Source of the DNA: Salinispira sp.
Lineage (GTDB): Bacteria; Spirochaetota; Spirochaetia; DSM-27196; Salinispiraceae
Assembly (NCBI GenBank): GCA_965226555.1
Contig: CBDDDG010000012.1
Coordinates: forward strand, 32,001 to 96,000
Length of the DNA stretch: 64,000 nt
Reading direction: 5' to 3'
Shown piece after piece: positions 20,138 through 29,419 of the stretch. Every line of letters begins with the position of its first letter. Positions within the stretch are counted from its first letter, which is position 1. The notes beneath the pieces are model-generated. The model worked only from the letters and a program-made list of their open reading frames with translations. It did no database searches and was not told the DNA's origin. The position numbers and the translations under genes are program-made.

Positions 20138-21824
20138 ATGAAAATCAAATTTAAGGGGGGGGGTAACTCTCTGCGCATTCTGCTCAATTTTTATTGTATT
20201 AATGGCGGGATGTCCAATGCCGGAACCAACCCCTGAACCCGAACCGATGGTGGAACTAACCCCGCCGGGTACCATGGCTGCTCCAACCCTCGAAGCGGGG
20301 AATGGGCAGATCATTGCCACATGGACTGCGCCTGCCGACAACGGCGGCAGCGAAATTACTGCATACCACCTTCACCATAGCACGGACGGCGGTACCAACT
20401 GGTCGGAATTAATTACCCTCGCCGCGCCAGCCGCAAGCTACACCATGAGGGGCCTCATAAACAGCACTCCCTACGAAGTGCGGGCGCGCGCCGTGAACAA
20501 CAAAGGCGCGGGTATGTGGTCGGAATCTTCCACAGCAACACCTGCCTCAACTCTCACTGTCCCAACCCTTGAACCGGGGTATAAGCGTCTACTGGTTGCA
20601 TGGAGTGCGCCTGCCGACAACGGCGGAGCGGAAATTACCGCATACCACCTGCGCCATAGCACGGACGGCGGTACCAACTGGTCGGAATTAATTATACTCG
20701 CCGCGCCAGCCGCAAGCTACACCATTAGGGGCCTCACAAACGGCAATCCCTACGAAGTACAGGCGCGCGCCGTGAACAACACGGGTGCGGGCAACTGGTC
20801 GGAAATTGCAACGGAAACGCCCTTAGTTGTTATTACGGCATTGCAGACTCCTGGGGGTACGGCAGCATCGCTAAGCCTTTCGGCTGCCAATACTGCCATA
20901 ATTGCCAGTGAGAATCCAACCGTTTTCTTAACCACCGTGAAACCGGACACTCTCGCGGTCAATGAAATATCAGGAACCATTACGGTTACCCCCGCAACTA
21001 CGCCCGTAAGTGTTACCCCACCGACAGTTGATGCGGGTACCGGAATTGTTACGGTTAGCGCAAGTACAACGGCAGGAACATATATGGTATATGGCGAAAA
21101 CGGAAATGGATATGTATGGTTTGCCGAATATCTCTTTGTTACCGTGAGCCCTCAAAATAAAAATGCACTGACACAACAGGTAACTACGGGGATATCAACA
21201 TGGGGCAATACTGCCGATCTCAACTACATTATTACCACGGCGGTAACAGATATGTCCTTAATGTTCTCGAGTAACGCCACATTCAATGGCGATATTTCAC
21301 GCTGGGATACTGGCAGGGTAACGAATATGAAACAAATGTTCTGGAATGCATCCGTATTCAATGGCGATATTTCACGCTGGGATACTGGCGCGGTAACGGA
21401 TATGAGCAATATGTTCCGTATTGCAAGCGTATTCAATAGCGATATTTCCGGCTGGGATGTCAGCTCGGTAAGGGATATGTCATATATGTTCAATAACGCA
21501 ACCATATTCAATAGCGACATCTCACGCTGGGATACTGGCAGGGTAACGAATCTGTCATATATGTTCCTTGACGCAAGAGCATTCAATATCGATATTTCCG
21601 GCTGGAATGTCAGCTTGGTAACGAATATGAATGCGACGTTCGCTGGAACAGCAGCATTCAATCAGGATCTTACCGACTGGGCTTGGGATAACTCGAAGAA
21701 CCCGCCGGTTTACTGGAACAATGCTAACTGGACTAATGGCACATATAACGGAGTCAAAACTAATACGTTTTTGAATTCCGGCGTGGTGGACGGTGTGGGT
21801 GTTCCAACCTGGCATACCCCATAA
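20138..21824 (+). CDS. Surface lipoprotein, 2x fibronectin type III + DUF285 (BspA-like) repeats; frameshifted at a G9 tract (20155-20163)
   Basis: TAAGGAG SD + ATG 20138; with G8 the frame reads MKIKFKGGVTLCAFCSIFIVLMAG-C into ORF 20202; FNGDISRWDTGRVTNM..MF repeats. Confidence 0.88.
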
Positions 21825-21837
21825 ATCTGCATGAATA

Positions 21838-21966
21838 GAAACTTTTGCTGCTGAAATTGTGCAAGCGCAATTTTCCAAGGCAAAACTTTATCACTGAAAA
21901 TTGTGCTCTGCAAAACTTTCTACAAAATGCGAGAATGCTAAGCTCATAGAGTCATGCAAAAGTTTC
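21838..21966. repeat. Modular palindromic repeat with tail module
   Basis: GAAACTTTTGC...GCAAAACTTT units and CTACAAAATGCGAGAATGCTAAGC...GCAAAAGTTTC. Confidence 0.9.
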
Positions 21967-22104
21967 TCTTATTATTTTTTGGATAGTGCCTGCATCGCAG
22001 CCGCATATCTTTATCCGCATACATTAACCAAAGAAATTTTTACATTTTTCAAACTTTTTTCGCAAAAACTCAATCACCACGAACATTTCCTCCGTTATCC
22101 TTAT

Positions 22105-23166
22105 ATGAAGAAAAAGAAACGGAATCAGGCGGCTCATCAAAAGCCGCGAAAACAATGGGATGAAACTCATAAGTTCCTGTTTGCCGATGCGGAATCCATA
22201 TATCAACTGCTGCAATTTGTCGATGATGACTGGATCACCTCTATTCGCCCTGAGAACATTACGATTGTGAGCAATGAATTCATCGCTCGGGAGCTCGGAG
22301 GCAAGAAGCTGACGAAGCTCATGCGCAAAATATCGGATATTGTTGCGAAAATTTCCTTCCGATACGGGAACAAGAATGAAGAGAAAACCGTCTATATCAT
22401 TCTGGAACATCAATCGACTGTCGATTATTCCATGCGCAGGCGCCTATTCGTATACACCGATATGCTCGAACAGCATATTCGGAATTCGAAAACGTACCAA
22501 CATCATTGGGTATACCCCATTGTTCTGTACACGGGAATACGGAAATGGCCGCAGAACGCGACGGAAGAAACGCGGGCTGGGATTCCCCCGAGCGCATATC
22601 GCCAATTCTTCGAATATCCTGTTATTGATGTGCATAGGCTCCCGCATGAGAAAATACTGAAGTCCCACGGTCGTGTGGCTGCCTATTTTTACCTTGCGCG
22701 CTACAACAAAGATTTGAATAATGAGGATAATTGCGCTGAATTCACGAAGCATCTTTTGAACATTCTCCAGCATGATACTGGCGAAAAGGTGAAGGAGTCC
22801 TTGTTAATTATGAGCGATGTGCTCTATAATACACACATCTCAGGTGTGAATGTTAACGATTACACTATGAAGGAGGTAATTGATATGATTACAAAAGAAG
22901 GAATAGAAATACTGTTCCCGTGGGAACTGAGAATTTACAAAGAGGTCAAAGCCCAGGTCAAGCGAGAAACTCAGGAAGAAACGAAGGAAATGCAGCGGGA
23001 AGTCCGGCAGGAAGGTCGGCAGGAAGGACTGCGAACAGGTCGTGAAGAAGGCATTCGAGAAACTGCCCGCAGTATGTTTTTGGAAGGGTTGTCGACAGAG
23101 GCTGTTCAGAGGATTACCGGGCTGAGCGATGAGGAAATGCGGACATTGCGGAACGGATCGCATTAA
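22105..23166 (+). CDS. Rpn/YhgA-like PD-(D/E)XK nuclease, family 3 (RpnC), with internal small ORF 22885-23166
   Basis: SDIV, ILEHQSTVDYSMRRRL and YPIVLYTG...W; internal AAGGAGGTAATTGAT-ATG. Confidence 0.9.
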   Translation: MKKKKRNQAAHQKPRKQWDETHKFLFADAESIYQLLQFVDDDWITSIRPENITIVSNEFIARELGGKKLTKLMRKISDIVAKISFRYGNKNEEKTVYIILEHQSTVDYSMRRRLFVYTDMLEQHIRNSKTYQHHWVYPIVLYTGIRKWPQNATEETRAGIPPSAYRQFFEYPVIDVHRLPHEKILKSHGRVAAYFYLARYNKDLNNEDNCAEFTKHLLNILQHDTGEKVKESLLIMSDVLYNTHISGVNVNDYTMKEVIDMITKEGIEILFPWELRIYKEVKAQVKRETQEETKEMQREVRQEGRQEGLRTGREEGIRETARSMFLEGLSTEAVQRITGLSDEEMRTLRNGSH

Positions 23167-23168
23167 TT

Positions 23169-23324
23169 GAGCAGGGGCAAGCTCAGCTCCGGAGTGAGTA
23201 TGTACTCAATATGCTTAAGGATGGTCTGTCTATGGACCTTATTCATAAGATTACCAAGCTCAGCGGGGATGAAATTCGAACATTTCAGAAAAACGAAAAT
23301 GGCAGGGAAAACGGTAGAGCGTAG
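23169..23324 (+). pseudogene. Orphan alternative Rpn C-terminal tail (no start codon, out of frame with RpnC)
   Basis: Translates to EQGQAQLRSEYVLNMLKDGLSMDLIHKITKLSGDEIRTFQKNENGRENGRA*, homologous to the tail at 55563-55700. Confidence 0.85.
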
Positions 23325-23359
23325 CGCAGAGCTCTGCGCTCCACCTCCGGCAGGCGCGG

Positions 23360-23505
23360 GGGGGCTGGTCGGAGGCTTGCACGCCTGCTCGCCCATGCGG
23401 CTGTTGCTGAGACTGGGCTGGTCGGAGGCCTGCGCCTCCTGCTCGCCCATGCGTCTGTTGCTGTGGCGCGACGCTGGTCGGCGCTCCGCGCCCAAGCATC
23501 CGGCG
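23360..23505 (+). repeat. GC-rich modular repeat (units of about 53 bp)
   Basis: GGGCTGGTCGGAGGC...CCTGCTCGCCCATGCG.CTGTTGCTG twice plus a partial third; related blocks at about 4575-4665, 5985-6075, 54400-54540 and 60250-60312. Confidence 0.8.
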
Positions 23506-23561
23506 CGGGTAATCCGCTGTCTGCCTGACCATCTGTTTTGTAACGCGTAGCCGTTATGCGC

Positions 23562-24743
23562 TCATTTCCGGATGATTCGCACGCGGATGACGCCCTCTAT
23601 CTGTTCAATTTTTCGAATGCCCTTGTCCGATAGACAGTCATCGGTATCGATAATGGTAATTGCCGTTTCGTTCCGATGTTTGTTGATCATGTTGGAAATG
23701 TTTATGCCGTTCTCTGCCAGAATGCCGGTTATGCGGCCAACCACCGCCGGAACGTTTTTATTTATAATGACCAGACGGTTATCGGCACTACAGGCCATAT
23801 CTATGACAGGAAAATTGACTGAGTTACTTATGTTCCCCGTTTCCAGATAACGGACAATTTGCGCGCATGCCATAACTGCGCAGTTTTCTTCGGCCTCGGG
23901 TGTTGAAGCTCCGAGATGAGGAGTTGGAAGCACATTTTCCTGCCGAACGAGTTTTTCATTGGGAAAATCGGTAATGTAGCGGGCGACCTTACCCACTTTC
24001 AGGGCAGCAATAATGTCGTCATCGTGCACAAGCGGACCGCGTGAAAAATTGAGAATACGGACGCCTGTTTTCATTTTATCTATGATATCACGATGTATGA
24101 TATGCCGTGTACTGTCGGTGAGGGGAATGTGGATGCTGATAAAATCGCAGCCGCTCACCGCAGTTTCAAGGGCCTGTGCCCGTACTATCTGAGCCCGAAG
24201 CCCCCAGGCGCTGTCTATGGATATGTAGGGATCATAGCCGAGTACGTGCATGCCGAGATCGACAGCGGTATTGGCCACCACTGCCCCAATTGATCCCAGA
24301 CCGAGAACGGCAAGTTTTTTTCCCTTGAGCTCCGGCCCGGCAAAGTTTTTCTTCCCCTTTTCAACTTCATTGGCAAAATTTTCGGAATCGGCCAGCGTGC
24401 GCACCCAGTTTATCCCCTCAATAATCTTCCGATTTGACAGGAGCATACCGCTGAGAACAAGTTCCTTTACGGAATTGGCATTTGCTCCCGGGGTATTAAA
24501 CACAACAATTCCGCGTGCGGTGCATACATCAACAGGAATGTTATTTACGCCCACTCCAGCGCGTGCAATGGCAATGGTACGTTCGGGAATGTTTTCTATT
24601 ACCGCAGAACGAAGAATAATTGCATCCGGATCATCTGAATTGTTCCGGTTCGGTTTGGCGGCGCTGTCAATACGGTATGAAGCAGGATCAAAAACAGCAA
24701 GGCCTGTTGGCGAAATGACATTCCGTGTTTGAATAATAAACAT
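23562..24743 (-). CDS. serA: D-3-phosphoglycerate dehydrogenase with ACT domain
   Basis: RAGVGVNNI, NTPGANANSVKE, GLGSIG and PHLGASTPEAE. Confidence 0.93.
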   Translation of the reverse strand: MFIIQTRNVISPTGLAVFDPASYRIDSAAKPNRNNSDDPDAIILRSAVIENIPERTIAIARAGVGVNNIPVDVCTARGIVVFNTPGANANSVKELVLSGMLLSNRKIIEGINWVRTLADSENFANEVEKGKKNFAGPELKGKKLAVLGLGSIGAVVANTAVDLGMHVLGYDPYISIDSAWGLRAQIVRAQALETAVSGCDFISIHIPLTDSTRHIIHRDIIDKMKTGVRILNFSRGPLVHDDDIIAALKVGKVARYITDFPNEKLVRQENVLPTPHLGASTPEAEENCAVMACAQIVRYLETGNISNSVNFPVIDMACSADNRLVIINKNVPAVVGRITGILAENGINISNMINKHRNETAITIIDTDDCLSDKGIRKIEQIEGVIRVRIIRK

Positions 24744-24767
24744 TGTAATCTCCCTATTCAAAACTTT

Positions 24768-26678
24768 CTATTCAATTATACTCAGTCCAAGCTCGGTGAG
24801 CTGCTCATTATCAACAGGCGATGGTGAATTGTCCAGAGGATTGATTCCAGCCGTATTTTTCGGAAAGGCGATAACTTCCCGAATGCTGCTTTCTCCAGCC
24901 ATGAGCGCGACAAGGCGGTCTAATCCTGGGGCTATGCCGCCGTGGGGCGGGGCTCCATACTGGAAGGCGCGCAGGAGAAAGCCGAAGCGGCGCTCAGCCT
25001 CTTCCCTGTCCATGCCCACAATAGTGAATATCCGCTGCTGAATTTCGGGATCGTGAATTCTGATTGATCCCGATGCCAATTCAACACCGTTACAGACCAG
25101 ATCGTAGAGGCTCCCCTTAACGGCGCCCGGTTCCTGTTCCATAGTTTCCAGAAACTGTTTCTGCGGCATGGTAAATAGATGATGCGTAGCGTCCCATGCC
25201 TGCCGATCGCCGTTGTACTCGAAGAGGGGAAAGTCCACTATCCATGCAAAGGAAAAGGCGGGGGGCGGGACGGTGGAGGCGGAGGCTACGGGAGTGTGGG
25301 CGGACGCGGGAGTGTTGGCGGGCGCGGAGGCTGCGGTGGATGGAGCCGATGGCAGATTCAGGCTGCCGAGATGTTTCCGTACTGCTCCAAGGGCGGTGCA
25401 GGCGGTTTTCCAGCTGTCTGCAACGAAGAGCAGGAGATCTCCGGGCTTCGCGCCTGTCGCCGAGCAGATTTCTCCGGCCTGTTCAGAAAAGAACTTTCCT
25501 ATGCCGCCATCAAAATACTTTCTGCCGGCATCACCATCAGCAGAATCACCATCACCATCGCCATCAGCAGCATCAGCATTATGCCCGCAGACCCGTGTCC
25601 ATGCGAGCCCCTTTGCGCCGTAGATTTTGGCGATTTCCTCGAGTTCGCTTATCTGCTTCCGGCTGTAAGCGGAGGCGCCGGGGGCGATGAGCAGTTTTAC
25701 GCTGCCGCCGGTTTTGAGTGCCGATTCAAATATACCGAAACCGCTGCCGGGAATGTAAGAAGAAAAATCCTGCAACTGCATATTAAAGCGCAGATCCGGT
25801 TTGTCTGAGCCGTAGCGGTTCATGGCATCATCGTAGGTAATGCGGGGGAAGGGCGTCTGAAGTGTGATGCCGAGGCAGCGCTCGAACAGATGTTTCATGA
25901 GTCCCTCGCTGAGGGCGAAAATATCTTCCTGATCCACAAAGCTCATTTCAATATCAATTTGAGTGTGCTCCGGCTGCCGATCGCCCCTCAGATCTTCATC
26001 TCTGAAACAATGCGCAAGCTGAAAATAGCGGTCAAAACCCGACACCATGAGTAACTGCTTGAAAAGTTGAGGACTCTGAGGCATGGCATAGAATTTTCCG
26101 CGGTTCATGCGGCTGGGAATGAGAAAATCGCGGGCGCCCTCGGGGGTTGAGCGGATCATGGTGGGCGTTTCTATTTCCAGAAAATGGTGTTTTGTAAGAT
26201 ATTCCCGCGCATGCCTACAGACATCTGCGCGCAGCTGTATATTTCTCTGCATGGCAAAGGAACGGAGGTCAATGTAACGGTATTTCATACGCAGTTCATC
26301 GTGCGCTTCGCTGCGCTCATCGACCATAAAGGGCAGTACTTCCGATGTCCCGAGTATTTCAATGTGCGATACCTGAATTTCAATGGCACCGGTGCTCATG
26401 TGGGGGTTTTTCATGGAATGCGGGCGCTTTCGTACCTGTCCTTTTACGGCAATGCAGTACTCAAGTTTGAGTTTTGCGGCGGTTTCTGCGGTTTCAGAAG
26501 GAGCATCATCGTCAATAACGGCTTGGGTTATCCCGTAGCGATCCCTGAGAGTGATGAATTGAATGCTGCCATGATCGCGCTTTCTGTGTACCCACCCGTT
26601 AAGAGTTACCTCTTTGCCGGTGTCGGCGTCAGCGCCGCGCAGTTCCCCGCAGGTATGGGTACGTTTATAATTTTCCAT
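24768..26678 (-). CDS. aspS: Aspartate--tRNA ligase
   Basis: RTHTCGEL, STPEGARDF, PQSPQLFKQLLM and GAPPHGGIAPGLDR. Confidence 0.98.
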   Translation of the reverse strand: MENYKRTHTCGELRGADADTGKEVTLNGWVHRKRDHGSIQFITLRDRYGITQAVIDDDAPSETAETAAKLKLEYCIAVKGQVRKRPHSMKNPHMSTGAIEIQVSHIEILGTSEVLPFMVDERSEAHDELRMKYRYIDLRSFAMQRNIQLRADVCRHAREYLTKHHFLEIETPTMIRSTPEGARDFLIPSRMNRGKFYAMPQSPQLFKQLLMVSGFDRYFQLAHCFRDEDLRGDRQPEHTQIDIEMSFVDQEDIFALSEGLMKHLFERCLGITLQTPFPRITYDDAMNRYGSDKPDLRFNMQLQDFSSYIPGSGFGIFESALKTGGSVKLLIAPGASAYSRKQISELEEIAKIYGAKGLAWTRVCGHNADAADGDGDGDSADGDAGRKYFDGGIGKFFSEQAGEICSATGAKPGDLLLFVADSWKTACTALGAVRKHLGSLNLPSAPSTAASAPANTPASAHTPVASASTVPPPAFSFAWIVDFPLFEYNGDRQAWDATHHLFTMPQKQFLETMEQEPGAVKGSLYDLVCNGVELASGSIRIHDPEIQQRIFTIVGMDREEAERRFGFLLRAFQYGAPPHGGIAPGLDRLVALMAGESSIREVIAFPKNTAGINPLDNSPSPVDNEQLTELGLSIIE

Positions 26679-26741
26679 TCACAGAAACTATCACAAAGTT
26701 TTGCAAAATGCAAAAGTTTCCATAACAAAGTGCGCATAGTG

Positions 26742-27341
26742 TCAGCGAACCCGCCTACACTCCGTACAGCCGATTACGTGTACATGGTCTTTTCTCCCCT
26801 TTCTGCGGAATGTGCGGGCAACAAGGAAACCATCGGGTGAGAGAGTCTGCCGGCATACCGGACATATGCGCAGATGATCCGGATTTGAAGGCCAACACAG
26901 TGGACATCCGAAAATGTGGGTAAGAATTTCTGTGGTCTCCATCTTGTTAGATGCAAATTTGAATTCGCTTTCCGATATAGCCCCGCTGCCGTGTTGGGAA
27001 GTATGCGCGTGTTGGGGAGTATGCGCGTGTTGGGGAGTATGCGCGTGTTGGGGAGTATGCGCGTGTTGAAGAGTATGCGAGCGCGTATTCTGAAGATAAT
27101 GAACGCTGTGAATCCGGTCGCCCGGTTTACCCAACGAAGAGCAGAGAGGGCAGGGCTTTTTCCTAGTTGATGGCTCTGTCGATGGCGCAGGCTTGGTTGA
27201 TGGTGCTGGCTTGGTTGATGGCGCTGATTTTGCCGATCCGCGGGCCGGCAGTTGAATAGAGCCGCGTTCGCGTTTAATAATACCGATTAACAGAACAACA
27301 ATAACAATTGCTATGACAGCAACAAGAATCTGATTGATCAC
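26742..27341 (-). CDS. Hypothetical membrane-anchored protein with CxxC motifs and tandem hexapeptide repeats
   Basis: N-terminal TM; CPLC, CPLC, CPVC and CTEC; QHAHTP and PAPSTK repeats; GGAG SD before GTG 27341. Confidence 0.7.
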   Translation of the reverse strand: MINQILVAVIAIVIVVLLIGIIKRERGSIQLPARGSAKSAPSTKPAPSTKPAPSTEPSTRKKPCPLCSSLGKPGDRIHSVHYLQNTRSHTLQHAHTPQHAHTPQHAHTPQHAHTSQHGSGAISESEFKFASNKMETTEILTHIFGCPLCWPSNPDHLRICPVCRQTLSPDGFLVARTFRRKGRKDHVHVIGCTECRRVR

Positions 27342-27357
27342 GGGCAGTAATCTCCAT

Positions 27358-27500
27358 GAAAATTTTGCTCTGCAAAATTTTGCTATGAGGATTCTCTCAT
27401 CACAGAAAATTGTGCTCTGCACAATTTTCCAATAAGGATTCTCTCATCCATATTCTTGATTCTCTCAAGGTATAGAAAGTTTTGCCACAGGCAAAACTTT
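27358..27500. repeat. Modular palindromic repeat, composite
   Basis: Closely matches the reverse complement of 19630-19771; flanked by TCCATG / TTCATG. Confidence 0.92.
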
Positions 27501-27507
27501 ATTCATG

Positions 27508-28290
27508 TTACACTGAATAGCAAAAATCATTAAGCAGTAATGCCGATAGAATATTCCGGTTACTATATTGCGTTATGAGTTTAGTATACATTTTGTTTTT
27601 ATTTTCAATAAATATTACCCCGTCTAATATGGCTACAGGAATTGCATTATGAACATGAGTATCCAAAGTCGAAAGAGCATCTTCAAATTGAGCATTTTGA
27701 TGACCACCAAAATCGGTTAAAAATTTTGCCTCAGCAATAATATATTTTTCATTGAATCTTGCAATAAAGTCCAATCCTTTGTCTCTCGAATATCCAAAAT
27801 ACTCTGTTGCAAAATCCTTTGCGGCTGTATCCGATGATTTCAAAATTGCATTATCATTATTTGCGATAAATTCATCTAATTCTACCGGCAGTATACCAAG
27901 TGGTTTTTTGTCTAACCATTCAGAAAACTTAGGTCCCATCTGCCTGTTAGTTTCTTTTGGTTCGGTAATATTTTCCATAAATTTATCCCATCCGAGCTGA
28001 TACATCAGTCCTGCTAATCTATTTACTGTTTGGGGATTTTTCTCTATTGCTAATGGGTGTCTTTTCAGGAATGCTGTATAGGAATCTTTAACAGGAAACA
28101 AATCCAGCCTTAATGCCTGTTTTATTAATTTTTTATTGTTTTGTTTTTTGTAAGATTCGTAAAGCCTGTTCAAAAGTTCTTCGTCAATATTTCGTCTGAT
28201 GTTTGCTGACAAAGGATAAACAGAGTACAGCCGGTCTAAATAATTATAGTTATTTGCTAATTTTATACTCTGTTGCAGATATTGATTCAT
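27508..28290 (-). CDS. Type II restriction endonuclease, Tsp45I-like
   Basis: NYLDRL, KETNRQMGP and KGLDF...EAKFLTDFGGHQNAQF; coupled to a methyltransferase. Confidence 0.8.
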   Translation of the reverse strand: MNQYLQQSIKLANNYNYLDRLYSVYPLSANIRRNIDEELLNRLYESYKKQNNKKLIKQALRLDLFPVKDSYTAFLKRHPLAIEKNPQTVNRLAGLMYQLGWDKFMENITEPKETNRQMGPKFSEWLDKKPLGILPVELDEFIANNDNAILKSSDTAAKDFATEYFGYSRDKGLDFIARFNEKYIIAEAKFLTDFGGHQNAQFEDALSTLDTHVHNAIPVAILDGVIFIENKNKMYTKLITQYSNRNILSALLLNDFCYSV

Positions 28291-29315
28291 CAGATTATCC
28301 CGGTACTGACCTTAATGGTATCAAAATTAAGACTGTCAAGATTTTTTAATGATTTCAGAGTTTGCTGTATTGCTGCTTCCGATTCATCTATGCCGATAAA
28401 CCTCCGCCCCAATTTATACGCTGAAACTAATGTGGTTCCTCCGCCGCAAAAGCAGTCCATAACTATGCTGTCGGCTTTTGAAGAATTCAGGACAATAAGG
28501 TCTGACATGTCTTGATTTTTCTGGGTCGGATAATCGGGATACTGAGGGTCCTTGTATTCCCATATATCCTGTATCTTTTTATCCATATAATCATCTGCAT
28601 ACCTTTTCATTCTCATATTGCCGCTTTTTGAGATTTCAATCATTCCATTATCATAAAGTTTTTCCAATTCCTTGGGAGAATACCTCCAGTGCCTTCCTTT
28701 TGGCGGGCTGGTACCCTTAAAGGGTTTTGAAGATTCCCCGTTTATTGTCTCTCCGGGCGCATGTAAGGGAACAGTTGTATATCGTTTCCCGTTTTCATCA
28801 ATTTTTGAATATCGTTTTTCTATATCGCAATCGGTAACAGCTATTCCGATATCATTCCAAATATAATTATGTGTCTTGGTATAGAACAGGATCATGTCTT
28901 TTACATTGCCGTAGTTTTTTCTTCTAAAGTTTTTCGGGTTACACTTTATTCTTGTTATATCTGCCTTAAAATTATTGAAGCCGAAAATCTCATCAAGCAT
29001 CACTTTTACATAATGACCAATCTTGTAATCTATATGAAAATACAAGGTTCCTTTGTTTGAAAGAAGCCGGTGAATAAGCTTTACCCGCGGACGTATAAAA
29101 TCAAGATAAGATTCCAGAGTAAATTTGTCGGCATAGGCAATACTGCCGTTGCGTAATGCGGATATAGTCGCTGCCCTGTTCTCAGATATTCTGAAAGTTT
29201 GATTTGTCGCAAATGGCGGGTCTGTATACACAAGGTCAATTGTGCCTGAATAACCTTCATCTATAAGGTTCTGCATGACAGTGAGATTGTCGTCTTTAAC
29301 GATGAGGTTGTTCAT
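28290..29315 (-). CDS. Beta-class adenine DNA methyltransferase
   Basis: YTDPPF, YPTQK and DCFCGGGTT. Confidence 0.92.
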   Translation of the reverse strand: MNNLIVKDDNLTVMQNLIDEGYSGTIDLVYTDPPFATNQTFRISENRAATISALRNGSIAYADKFTLESYLDFIRPRVKLIHRLLSNKGTLYFHIDYKIGHYVKVMLDEIFGFNNFKADITRIKCNPKNFRRKNYGNVKDMILFYTKTHNYIWNDIGIAVTDCDIEKRYSKIDENGKRYTTVPLHAPGETINGESSKPFKGTSPPKGRHWRYSPKELEKLYDNGMIEISKSGNMRMKRYADDYMDKKIQDIWEYKDPQYPDYPTQKNQDMSDLIVLNSSKADSIVMDCFCGGGTTLVSAYKLGRRFIGIDESEAAIQQTLKSLKNLDSLNFDTIKVSTGII

Positions 29316-29419
29316 TTTTGCCCTTTCACCCCTTCGGAAGTATTGATGATTGTTGAGGATATTGTCAATAATTGATGATGGAAGTAAAATAGATGAATAC
29401 CGACTGAGGAGAATAACCC

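Noticed and set aside
21901..22104. Long N-terminal extensions of ORFs 21901, 27422, 46127 and 55419, and small ORFs such as 4267-4509 and 19145-19594
   Set aside because: They start inside the palindromic repeat (recurrent peptides like WKIVQAQFPVAKL and MQSTIF) and are repeat-translation artefacts
23167..23550. 127-aa ORF after RpnC
   Set aside because: It is an alternative frame over the orphan tail and GC-rich repeats; the meaningful frame starts at 23169
26990..27085. 18-bp tandem repeat as a non-coding array or iterons
   Set aside because: It lies in frame within a CDS and encodes QHAHTP repeats
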